From Bacteroidales bacterium (lineage in GTDB: Bacteria; Bacteroidota; Bacteroidia; Bacteroidales; UBA1402), in contig DASTGN010000009.1 of NCBI GenBank assembly GCA_035719105.1, forward strand, positions 72,708 to 136,707: a stretch of 64,000 nt of DNA. The letters are read 5' to 3'. This document shows, piece by piece, positions 46,986-55,778 of this stretch; positions within the stretch are counted from its first letter, which is position 1, and every line of letters begins with the position of its first letter. Below the pieces are notes generated by a model. The model did not search any database, was not told the origin of the DNA, and saw only the letters and a program-made list of their open reading frames with translations. The position numbers and the translations under genes were made by a program.

Positions 46986-48563
46986 ATGAGAAAACTGACG
47001 CTACTCCTACTTATTTGTCTGTCGACAACAACTTTTGGTCAAAAGATCATAAAGGGTTCGATTACTTTTCGGAGTTCACAAAATATCTATGTGATGTTTG
47101 AGAACACGGAAGGAATACAAGTCGGTGACACCTTGTTTTCTGAAGTGAAAGGTTGGTTGGTTCCCGTGTTGCTCGTAAAGAGTTTTTCTTCTACTTCCTG
47201 CCTTTGTGTTGCATTGAGCAAACTTAAAATGGATGAGACGGCGTTTATCCAAGCTAAAATTCCAGTTGTAGAAGAAGCGTTGCCCGTCCATCAGACTGCT
47301 GATGAATTGGAGGCCACCAAATCTGTCAATGCTGATGCAATCGGTGCAGTTCTTCAGGGCAAAAAAGTAAAAAAGCTACAACCGCAGTTTGATGGACGAC
47401 TTTCACTGACTTCTTATTCGAACCTGACGGGTGTCAATTCCAATCAGCGTTTTCGATACAACCTTTCTTTTAATGCACAAAACATAGACAGTTCAGCCTT
47501 TTCTGCAGAAAGTTATTTGTCGTTCTCGCACCGATTGGGTGAATGGAAGGGTATTACGGATGCTTTGAAGGTGTACAGTTTGGCTGTGAATTATCATTCT
47601 GGAAATCACGCTGTGACGTTGGGTCGAAAAATCAATCTGAATATGGCGAACATTGGCGCGGTTGACGGCCTCCAATATGAATACACCAGGAAAGCGTTGA
47701 CTTTTGGCCTCATGGGAGGATCCAGACCGGATTATTACACTTATGGGTTGAACCCGGACTTGCTGCAATTTGGCGCATTTGTAAGCCATCATGTTCAAAT
47801 GGACAAAGGGGATATGCAAACGTCGCTGGCCCTATTCAACCAAATGAATCAATTCAAAACGGACAGACGTTTTGCTTACCTTCAGCACAGCAACGCATTG
47901 CTTAAAAACTTGAATGTATTTGCCTCTGCCGAAGTGGATTTCTACACCCTAGTGAATCTTCAACCAACTTCAACGTTTGACTTGACAAGTGCCTATGTAT
48001 CTTTGCGGTATAAGCCATTTTCCAATTTGTCCCTCTCTTTGTCCTACGATGCCAGAAAGAACATTTACTACTATGAGACTTTTAAGAATCAGATTGACAG
48101 CATCATAGACCGTGAAACCAGACAAGGTCTGCGTTTTAATTTCAACTATAGGCCATTTAAGAAGATCGTTTGGGGTGGAAATGCGGGTTATCGATCCAAG
48201 AAATCGGATCGCACGCCTTCGGTCAATGCCAACACCTATTTGTCTTATATGGAATTGCCTTGGATTAATGCCTATGGCACATTGGATTTGACGTATTTGA
48301 AAACCAGCTACTTGAATGGTATGGTTTACGGTGCCTCCCTATCAAAGGAATTGTTTGATGGTAAAGTTTACGGGGAATTGAAATATAGGCTAGTTAACTA
48401 CGACTATACCAACTCCAGTAGCACCTTGAGACAAAACATTGCGGAATGCAGTCTTTCTTGGCGAATGGCTAAAAAATTGATGCTTTCTGTCGATTTTGAA
48501 GGAACGATGGAATCAATCGGAAATTCGGCAAGAGTTTATTTGAATCTCACCCGGCGATTTTAA
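46986..48563 (+). CDS. Predicted outer-membrane beta-barrel protein of unknown family
   Basis: The signal peptide is MRKLTLLLLICLSTTTFGQ. Alternating hydrophobic beta-strand patterns run throughout, rich in aromatics, G, N and S. The C-terminus is YLNLTRRF, ending in Phe. Confidence 0.65.
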   Translation: MRKLTLLLLICLSTTTFGQKIIKGSITFRSSQNIYVMFENTEGIQVGDTLFSEVKGWLVPVLLVKSFSSTSCLCVALSKLKMDETAFIQAKIPVVEEALPVHQTADELEATKSVNADAIGAVLQGKKVKKLQPQFDGRLSLTSYSNLTGVNSNQRFRYNLSFNAQNIDSSAFSAESYLSFSHRLGEWKGITDALKVYSLAVNYHSGNHAVTLGRKINLNMANIGAVDGLQYEYTRKALTFGLMGGSRPDYYTYGLNPDLLQFGAFVSHHVQMDKGDMQTSLALFNQMNQFKTDRRFAYLQHSNALLKNLNVFASAEVDFYTLVNLQPTSTFDLTSAYVSLRYKPFSNLSLSLSYDARKNIYYYETFKNQIDSIIDRETRQGLRFNFNYRPFKKIVWGGNAGYRSKKSDRTPSVNANTYLSYMELPWINAYGTLDLTYLKTSYLNGMVYGASLSKELFDGKVYGELKYRLVNYDYTNSSSTLRQNIAECSLSWRMAKKLMLSVDFEGTMESIGNSARVYLNLTRRF

Positions 48564-48584
48564 AAACAATGGTTTTTTGTATAT

Positions 48585-48627
48585 GAAAATGGCGTCCCAA
48601 TTGTTAATTTGAGACGCCATTTTGTTT
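48585..48627. terminator. Bidirectional hairpin terminator between the cytochrome cluster and araB
   Basis: GAAAATGGCGTC pairs with GACGCCATTTTG across a 16-nt loop. A/T runs lie on both sides. Confidence 0.75.
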
Positions 48628-48639
48628 ATTTACAATGGA

Positions 48640-50316
48640 TTACAAACTTCTATAGAAGGATTCTTCCGTAATTTGACCAAGTTTTTGGTATTCTTTATAG
48701 AGTTCAGCATACATCTTGGCTGCTTTAGGATTGGGAAGGTACTCCATCGCGAATCCTTGCCCCATAGCCTTTTGAGCCTCTTCGACTTTTGCATACTGAC
48801 CTGCAACGACTGCAGCAAACATGGCGGCACCAAAAGCACAAGCTTGGTCGCTTTTGGCAACTTTGATGGGCATATTCAGAACATCGGCCATGGTTTGCAT
48901 GACGAACGGTGATTTCAGGGAGATGCCACCAATACCGATGACACTTTCAATCTTGACTTGTTCCTCCTTAAAGCGGTCAACAATGGCTCTGGAGCCAAAG
49001 GCAGTAGCTTCCACCAACGCGCGGAACATCATGGGAGCAGTCGTACCAAGAGTCAAACCGGTTATGCTGCCCTTGACCAGCTGACTGGCGTCCGGCGTGC
49101 GGCGACCGTTCATCCAGTCGGTGGCAACGACCATGCTTTCTTTGGGATCGATGGCAGCGGCTTGTTCGGAAAGAACGGGAATGATCTTGTCCATGGCTTC
49201 AACCATGAGTTTTTGCTTGGTAACTTCGTCTATCAGACTGGATTGGCCGATAAGTTCCTCAATGGGCCAAGCCATGATGCGTTTGAACCAGGCGTAGATA
49301 TCTCCGAAAGCAGATTGACCGGCTTCCAAGCCCATCATTCCTGGAATGACGGAACCGTCTACTTGGCCGCAAATGCCTTTAACCAATTTATTCCCCACTT
49401 CTTCATTGGATGAAACAAGGATGTCGCAAGTTGAAGTACCGATGATGCGAACCAAGGTGTTGGGGGTGATTTCAGCACCAACAGCGCCCATGTGCGCATC
49501 GAATGCACCCACTCCTACAGCCACATTGGTGGAGAGTCCGAGGCGTTGAGCCCATTCTTCGGTGAGGTAGCCCACTTTAACATCACTGGCATATGTTTCC
49601 TTGAACAAACGGTCACGAAGTCCTGCCAACAGGGGATCCAAGGTTGTCAAGAACTCTTCGGAGGGCAGTCCGCCCCATTGTTCTAACCACATGGCCTTAT
49701 GCCCGGCAGCGCAACGACTGCGTTTCAGGTTTTCGGGACGGGTGTCGCCACAAATCAAGGCTGGCAACCAATCGCAGTGTTCAACAATGGAGTAGGCAGC
49801 CTTGCGGACCTTTTCATCGGCGCGAAGCACATGCAATGCTTTGGCCCAAAACCATTCCGAAGAATAAATACCGCCTTCGTAAGATGTGTAGTCGATTTTC
49901 CATTTGGAACAAAGTTCGTTAATCTCGGCAGCTTCCTTGATTCCGGTGTGGTCTTTCCACAACACAAACATGGCGTTGGGATTTTCGGCGAATTCGGGCA
50001 GTAATGCCAAGGGCGTACCATTTTTGTCTGTGAACACTGGGGTAGAACCCGTGGTGTCGAAGGACATGCCGATCACATTGGCTGCAACGGAAGGATCACA
50101 CTTTGCAAGTGCTTCTTTCACAGCATCTTCCAGGCACTCAACATAATCCTTTGGGTGTTGACGATATTGGTTGGCCGTAGGTTGGCAATAAAGGCCTTTA
50201 GCCCAACGGGGATAGTACTTGACAGCGTTTCCCTGTTCGGCACCCGTTTCAGCATCTACTATATAAGCGCGGGCAGAGTCGGTACCGTAATCCAATCCGA
50301 TAACATACTTGCTCAT
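48640..50316 (-). CDS. araB: Ribulokinase
   Basis: The FGGY-family N-terminus is YVIGLDYGTDS. At 558 aa it sits directly downstream of araA. Confidence 0.9.
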   Translation of the reverse strand: MSKYVIGLDYGTDSARAYIVDAETGAEQGNAVKYYPRWAKGLYCQPTANQYRQHPKDYVECLEDAVKEALAKCDPSVAANVIGMSFDTTGSTPVFTDKNGTPLALLPEFAENPNAMFVLWKDHTGIKEAAEINELCSKWKIDYTSYEGGIYSSEWFWAKALHVLRADEKVRKAAYSIVEHCDWLPALICGDTRPENLKRSRCAAGHKAMWLEQWGGLPSEEFLTTLDPLLAGLRDRLFKETYASDVKVGYLTEEWAQRLGLSTNVAVGVGAFDAHMGAVGAEITPNTLVRIIGTSTCDILVSSNEEVGNKLVKGICGQVDGSVIPGMMGLEAGQSAFGDIYAWFKRIMAWPIEELIGQSSLIDEVTKQKLMVEAMDKIIPVLSEQAAAIDPKESMVVATDWMNGRRTPDASQLVKGSITGLTLGTTAPMMFRALVEATAFGSRAIVDRFKEEQVKIESVIGIGGISLKSPFVMQTMADVLNMPIKVAKSDQACAFGAAMFAAVVAGQYAKVEEAQKAMGQGFAMEYLPNPKAAKMYAELYKEYQKLGQITEESFYRSL

Positions 50317-50318
50317 GG

Positions 50319-51821
50319 TTAACGGAGGGCTTTATTCAACATGTAATACACTTCGTTGTTGCGGATATCCTGCTTGAACTGGCGAATGGTCGTGTCTTTG
50401 TCGATGAGCAGCAGTTCAATGTCGGCGATTTCGGCATAATCTTCCATATATTCTTGAGTCAGGGCGTAAGAGAAGCTGGAATGATGTGTTCCACCAGCAG
50501 TGATCCATGCACCTGCACCGACTTCGAAGTTGGGAAGTGGTTTCCACAGGGCACAGGCAACTGGTAATTTCGGGAGGTCTTTGGGTTTGATGACGTCCAC
50601 ATCACTGCAAATCATGCGGAAGCGATTGCCCATGTCTACGACGGTGCATGCGACGCCGGTGCCTTTATGAGCCTGGAAAACCAGTCGGGCACAGGTTCCT
50701 GCATCGCCGATTCCAAGGAAATGAACTTCAACGCGGGGTTTGTTTCCAGCAATTTCAGGGCTGATTTCCAACATGTGGGCTTGGAGAATGGAGCTGTTGT
50801 TTCCATCGAAATTCAGAGTGTAGTCTTCCAGGAAGGAACAGCCACCGGGCAGACCTTGGGCCATTACCCACATGCTGCGGCATAGAGCGGCCGTTTTCCA
50901 ATCGCCTTCGGCACCAAAGCCATAACCTTCGGCCATCAATCGTTGTGAAGCAAAGCCCATCAGCTGTTTCATGCCTTCCAGTTCGTTGAAGCTGGTGGTA
51001 AATGCCTTGGCACCTCGATCTTCGAGGAATCGACGAAGCCCGATTTCCTGAGCAGCTGCTTCGCGAACGCTCGTATGATCTTTACCACCTCTGGCTGCAT
51101 TGTCTGCAAAGTCGTAAATCTTTTCGTACTCGGCTACCAATGCATCGATTTCAGCTTCGGTTACGGCTTCAACAAAAGGAACTAGTAGAGCAATCGGTGC
51201 ATTGTCAACGTGATAACCCAAGCGGATTTCTGCTTCAACTTTGTCTCCATCGGTTACGGCAACATTGTTCATGTTGTCGCCGAAACGGATGATGAGCATG
51301 TCCTGTGAGTCGGCCCAAGCTGCAGAAACACGCATCCAAACAGCAATCTTGTCTTGCGTGTCGGAATCTTTCCAATAGCCGACAACCACTTTGCGAGGTT
51401 TGCGCAGGCGACTGGTGATGTGACCGAATTCACGGTCTCCGTGAGCACTCTGATTGAGGTTCATGAAGTCCATGTCGATTTCGTTCCATGGAATAGTTTC
51501 GTTGTATTGGGTATGCAAGTGAAGAAGCGGCTTTTTGAAATCCATCAAGCCGTGAATCCACATTTTGGCAGGTGAAAAAGTGTGCATCCAAGTGATGATG
51601 CCGACGCACTTGGTGTCACCATTGGCGGCACGCATGATTTCAGACACTTCGGATGAGGAATTGGCGGTACCTTTGTAAACCACCTTGATGGGCAAACGGC
51701 CTGATTCGTTCAGAGCGGCTACCATTTCGTTGGAGTGAGCATCCACCTTAACAACAGCTCCGCCGCCGTAAAGTAGTTGGGCACCGGTGACGAACCAAAC
51801 TTCTAAATCTTTAAAATTCAT
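50319..51821 (-). CDS. araA: L-arabinose isomerase
   Basis: The N-terminus is EVWFVTGAQLLYG. The 500-aa length and the araD/araB context fit this call. Confidence 0.93.
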   Translation of the reverse strand: MNFKDLEVWFVTGAQLLYGGGAVVKVDAHSNEMVAALNESGRLPIKVVYKGTANSSSEVSEIMRAANGDTKCVGIITWMHTFSPAKMWIHGLMDFKKPLLHLHTQYNETIPWNEIDMDFMNLNQSAHGDREFGHITSRLRKPRKVVVGYWKDSDTQDKIAVWMRVSAAWADSQDMLIIRFGDNMNNVAVTDGDKVEAEIRLGYHVDNAPIALLVPFVEAVTEAEIDALVAEYEKIYDFADNAARGGKDHTSVREAAAQEIGLRRFLEDRGAKAFTTSFNELEGMKQLMGFASQRLMAEGYGFGAEGDWKTAALCRSMWVMAQGLPGGCSFLEDYTLNFDGNNSSILQAHMLEISPEIAGNKPRVEVHFLGIGDAGTCARLVFQAHKGTGVACTVVDMGNRFRMICSDVDVIKPKDLPKLPVACALWKPLPNFEVGAGAWITAGGTHHSSFSYALTQEYMEDYAEIADIELLLIDKDTTIRQFKQDIRNNEVYYMLNKALR

Positions 51822-51857
51822 AGTTTTATGTTTAAATTAATTGGAATGACAAGTCGA

Positions 51858-52544
51858 TTAATCTTGACCGTAATAGGCTCCTGGGCCATGTTTACGGAAG
51901 AAATGTTTTTTGATGAGCAACGGATTCATCGTCAGGTTGGGATTAACTCCGTAAGAAATGAAAGCCATTTTGGCCACTTGTTCCACAACGACTGCATGAT
52001 GTACGGCATCGTGTGCATCTTTGCCCCAAGTAAACGGACCGTGGTTTTTAACGAGAACTGCAGGGACGTGGTTCGGATTGATTCCTTTGAATCGTTCAAT
52101 AATGACTTTACCGGTTTCTTTTTCATACTCAGCCATTTCAACCTCCGTCATGTCTCGGGTGCAAGGTATTTCCTGGCTAAAATAGTCAGCGTGCGTGGTT
52201 CCGATGTTGGGTAGGTCGAGCCCAGCCTGGGCCCATGCGGTGGCGAAGGTGGAATGGGTATGGACCACCCCTCCTATTTCTGGAAAGGCTTTGTATAGTT
52301 CCAAATGCGTGGCGGTGTCGGAGGAAGGTTTGAGTGAGCCTTCTAGGATTTTACCGTCCAGGTCGACAACAACCATTTGTTCAGCCTTCATTTTGTCGTA
52401 AGAAACACCGGAGGGCTTGATTACGACAATGCCTTTTTCACGATCGATGGCACTGACGTTGCCCCACGTGAAAATGACCAGTTCATGTTTGACCAAATCG
52501 AGATTGGCTTCGAACACTACTTTTTTTAGAGCTGCTAAGTCCAT
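51858..52544 (-). CDS. araD: L-ribulose-5-phosphate 4-epimerase
   Basis: The class II aldolase motifs GNVSA and VVHTHS are present. Length is 228 aa. Confidence 0.92.
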   Translation of the reverse strand: MDLAALKKVVFEANLDLVKHELVIFTWGNVSAIDREKGIVVIKPSGVSYDKMKAEQMVVVDLDGKILEGSLKPSSDTATHLELYKAFPEIGGVVHTHSTFATAWAQAGLDLPNIGTTHADYFSQEIPCTRDMTEVEMAEYEKETGKVIIERFKGINPNHVPAVLVKNHGPFTWGKDAHDAVHHAVVVEQVAKMAFISYGVNPNLTMNPLLIKKHFFRKHGPGAYYGQD

Positions 52545-52570
52545 ATGTTGGTAATTAGGTCGTTATTTTT

Positions 52571-53263
52571 TCAAAGGGTGAAAGAAAAGCCTTCATTGAT
52601 AGCCTTTTCGTACCGTTCCTGATTGAAGGTATAAAGGAATGCACCCCGCTTGGAGCTGCTTTTATCTTTTTCATCCGATTTTTCAAGAAAATCCATCGTT
52701 TGAATTTTTTTGCGAAAGTTCCGTTTGTCGATGCTTCTTCCGTAAATGGCTTCGTACAAGGTTTGAAGCTGCGGAACCGTAAATTTTTCGGGTAAAAGGT
52801 TGAATCCGACTGGTTCGGTGGAGGCTTTACGCTGCAAGCGTCTGAGTGCGGAGTGAACCATGTCGTCGTGGTCGAAAATCAAACCTGGCAAATCATTGAT
52901 GTTTCGCCAATGCGCATTGTGTTGCTGAACCAAGCTTCGGTTGTAATCTTCCACGTTGACCAAGGCATAATATGCGATGGAAAGCACCCGCTCTCCTGGA
53001 TCGCGAAATTCCTCCGTGAACGTTTTCAATTGCTCCATATAAAGTTCTTCCAGGCCTGTTAGCGAACGAAGCACGCGAGCAGCAGCTTCTTCTGCACTTT
53101 CATGCTCTTTTACGAAACCACCCGGCAAAGACCAGCAACCAAGAGCCGGTTCCATGCTTCGTTTAAGAAGCAGAAGATTCAGTTCGCCTTCGGAAAAACC
53201 GAAAATGATGCAATCGACTGCAACCAAAAAACGGGTTTGATCGGTATAGAAAGGGGTATTCAT
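52571..53263 (-). CDS. araR: NUDIX-domain transcriptional regulator, AraR (NrtR-like) type
   Basis: The Nudix box region is LPGGFVKEHESAEEAAARVLRSLTGL, and a C-terminal winged-helix-like domain is present. Its start overlaps the galM stop as ATGA. Confidence 0.7.
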   Translation of the reverse strand: MNTPFYTDQTRFLVAVDCIIFGFSEGELNLLLLKRSMEPALGCWSLPGGFVKEHESAEEAAARVLRSLTGLEELYMEQLKTFTEEFRDPGERVLSIAYYALVNVEDYNRSLVQQHNAHWRNINDLPGLIFDHDDMVHSALRRLQRKASTEPVGFNLLPEKFTVPQLQTLYEAIYGRSIDKRNFRKKIQTMDFLEKSDEKDKSSSKRGAFLYTFNQERYEKAINEGFSFTL

Positions 53264-54489
53264 TCTTTCCCGGCGCATTTTGAACACTTCTCATTCTTTT
53301 GGCATGCACCGGTTTTTGTTTTGCAGCAATCCGAAGTGGCATTTTTGCAAGCGGCCGGTTCCATGATGCCGAATTGGTAAATGCAATGGCTGGTGTACGT
53401 TTGTCCCGGACGAAGAACAACTGATGGCCACTGAGGTTTGTTGGGACTGTCAGGATAATGTTGCGTTTCGAGGCAAATTCCTGTACGTTGCTGGTAGACC
53501 ACACCTTTTTTGCCTGTTACGCTTCCGTTCAGAAAATTTCCAGTATAGACTTGCAAACCTGGTTCGTTGGTATATACGGTCAGCGTACGTCCACTTACAG
53601 GTTCAGAAAGGAAACAAGCAGGCGCGCCATCATTGCCTTTGGTATTGAGTACCCAGTTGTGATCGTAGCCTTTGCCGTTTTTCATCTGAACGTTATCGTA
53701 GTTGTTGATGCGTTCGCCAATGGGACAAGGTTTGCGGAAATCCATGGGAGTACAACATACCGGGCTGATTTCACCTGTAGTCATGACGGTGGTGTCTACA
53801 GGTGTGAAACCGTCCGCATCAATGCTCATCACATGACCCAGAATATCCCGTTTAGGATTTCCGGTCAAATTGAAATAGGAATGGTTGGTCAGGTTTACAA
53901 CGGTAGGCTTATCGGTTGTTGCAGTGTATCTTATATCGATAGCATTGTTTGAAGTCAGGGTGTAAGTGGCCTTGGAGGTCAATTTTCCCGGGAAACCCAT
54001 TTCATTGTCCGCAGAGACATAAGTAGCTTCCAACGAAGTGTCACTCAATTGTTTAATGTCAAACATGCAATATTGGAACCCTTTTACACCACCGTGCAAG
54101 CAGTGACCAAAATTATTTTGTGAGAGTTGGTACTCTTTACCGTCCAAACTAAACTTTCCTTGAGCGATACGATTGCCATAACGACCGATAAAAGCGCCAA
54201 AGTCGGTTTTATTGTTCAGATATCCACCAATGGAGTCGAAACCAAGCACAACGTCAGCAAAATTGCCGTTTTTATCCGGTACCCAAACGGAAACGATGCG
54301 GGCCCCATAGTTGGTCATGCATACTTCCATTCCATTTTTGTTTTTCAGAACGTACAGGTCATTTTTCTTGCCATCTATCTCCGTGCGGAAATTTTTTGGG
54401 TTCAAACCAGAGAGGGTCACATTGGAATTCGTACAACTTGTCAACACCAAAGTCATTACGAATGAGGCTAATACCAAATGTTTCATCAT
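53260..54489 (-). CDS. galM: Aldose 1-epimerase (galactose mutarotase) with unusual Cys-rich C-terminal extension
   Basis: It has a signal or lipoprotein-like N-terminus (LTSC). The mutarotase motifs are GRYGNRI, NNFGHCLHGG and ETQHYPDSPN. The tail is EPAACKNATSDCCKTKTGACQKNEKCSKCAGKE. Confidence 0.85.
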   Translation of the reverse strand: MMKHLVLASFVMTLVLTSCTNSNVTLSGLNPKNFRTEIDGKKNDLYVLKNKNGMEVCMTNYGARIVSVWVPDKNGNFADVVLGFDSIGGYLNNKTDFGAFIGRYGNRIAQGKFSLDGKEYQLSQNNFGHCLHGGVKGFQYCMFDIKQLSDTSLEATYVSADNEMGFPGKLTSKATYTLTSNNAIDIRYTATTDKPTVVNLTNHSYFNLTGNPKRDILGHVMSIDADGFTPVDTTVMTTGEISPVCCTPMDFRKPCPIGERINNYDNVQMKNGKGYDHNWVLNTKGNDGAPACFLSEPVSGRTLTVYTNEPGLQVYTGNFLNGSVTGKKGVVYQQRTGICLETQHYPDSPNKPQWPSVVLRPGQTYTSHCIYQFGIMEPAACKNATSDCCKTKTGACQKNEKCSKCAGKE

Positions 54490-54571
54490 AAAGTAAAAGG
54501 TTTTTGGAAGTGATTTTGCTTAATTGGTGTAAAAATAACCCTTATTTTTGCGAAACCGCTTTTGGATCATA

Positions 54572-54583
54572 TGTTGTACAACA
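54572..54583. promoter_or_regulatory. Perfect 12-bp palindrome upstream of the galM-araR-araDAB operon, candidate operator
   Basis: TGTTGTACAACA is perfectly palindromic. It lies between the upstream terminator and the galM start at 54489. Confidence 0.25.
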
Positions 54584-54588
54584 CATAT

Positions 54589-54626
54589 CAAAAAAAACCC
54601 GGACTCACGTGCTGCGAATCCGGGTT
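54589..54626 (-). terminator. Rho-independent terminator after the DUF4861-kduD-kduI unit
   Basis: The minus strand reads AACCCGGA-loop-TCCGGGTT followed by T8. Confidence 0.75.
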
Positions 54627-54644
54627 CCATGAATGTTGGACCGA

Positions 54645-55778
54645 TTATTTCAGAATCTTTATTTTCAAAGGTTGCAATAAAGCAGCCTTTTTGTTATTCA
54701 AATAATTGAACCAATCCATATCGGTGGCAAAACCATGTTTGTTCCAGCCTGCACCAAAATAATATTGGAATTCGGTTCCCATTTTATAATCGACGATTCC
54801 GACCATGTGATCAGAAATCTTCTTAGATTCGTTCCAGCTCTTCGGAAAAACTACTCCAGTGTAGCCACGTCCTGCAGAAACGGGTTTCTTACCTTCGGTC
54901 ATCATGTTTTCAGCATAACCGATGGTAGCCAAGTCCTGATTCACGTTCAGACTTTGGATGGAATCGTGAAGCCAAATACCAGCTGCCAGACGGATTTGAG
55001 TGGTGTCCCCTGTGTATCGAACCCGAACTTCGTTCAAGTTGGAACCAGCATCCAAATTAACCATGAATTCTGCCTTCAATGTTTTTCCCTGATACGGTAT
55101 GGCATCATAAAAAAGCACGAAAGAGGAACGGATGGGACCATTGTCTAAAATCTGATAGCGATCGAAGTAACGACCAATCCAGAGTGAATCGGTGGAATAA
55201 GGACAAATGCTTCCAGCGCCCAGTGTATGAGCTACTTTGTAGCAGTCCAGCCCTTCACCATGATCTACGTGGTAGGATTGTTTGCCGGAAAGGTCGTCTT
55301 TGTACCATTTACTGGCAACAAGTGCTTCCGTCCGTTTGAACCAAACGTCTGCGCCATTGCTTGGATTTTCGGGAGCCAGCTTAGGGCCGTACATACGAAA
55401 AGCAATGCGGTCGTTCTCCCAGCAAAAATCGTCTTTGCGTTGCGGAACAAACTGAGCAAAAGTCTTGGGGGTGTAAGCTTCAGGAGTCCCTTCTTTCAGC
55501 GTAAAGGTTTCTTCCTTTCCTGCTGCCAGGGTCACTTGAAAAATCAAGCTTTGAGGTTTGTCGGTTCCTCTGTACAAAACCTGTGAAGGAATTTGTTTGC
55601 CATCAGCTTTCAATACAACGATTTTTTTTGCATCGATACCGGTCAATTCACAAAGGCAAAGTTCTACCGTTTCGTTTACCCGGTCCACATTGGAATTGTT
55701 AAAGACCGAAACTTCTACTTTTCCATTGCAGGAGTACAGCAATAAAGCAGAAACTACTAACAATAAATATTTTTTCAT
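54645..55778 (-). CDS. DUF4861-like protein associated with hexuronate/pectin utilisation
   Basis: It has a lipoprotein-like signal (LLYSC). It is 377 aa long and co-oriented with kduD, overlapping it by 4 bp. Confidence 0.6.
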   Translation of the reverse strand: MKKYLLLVVSALLLYSCNGKVEVSVFNNSNVDRVNETVELCLCELTGIDAKKIVVLKADGKQIPSQVLYRGTDKPQSLIFQVTLAAGKEETFTLKEGTPEAYTPKTFAQFVPQRKDDFCWENDRIAFRMYGPKLAPENPSNGADVWFKRTEALVASKWYKDDLSGKQSYHVDHGEGLDCYKVAHTLGAGSICPYSTDSLWIGRYFDRYQILDNGPIRSSFVLFYDAIPYQGKTLKAEFMVNLDAGSNLNEVRVRYTGDTTQIRLAAGIWLHDSIQSLNVNQDLATIGYAENMMTEGKKPVSAGRGYTGVVFPKSWNESKKISDHMVGIVDYKMGTEFQYYFGAGWNKHGFATDMDWFNYLNNKKAALLQPLKIKILK

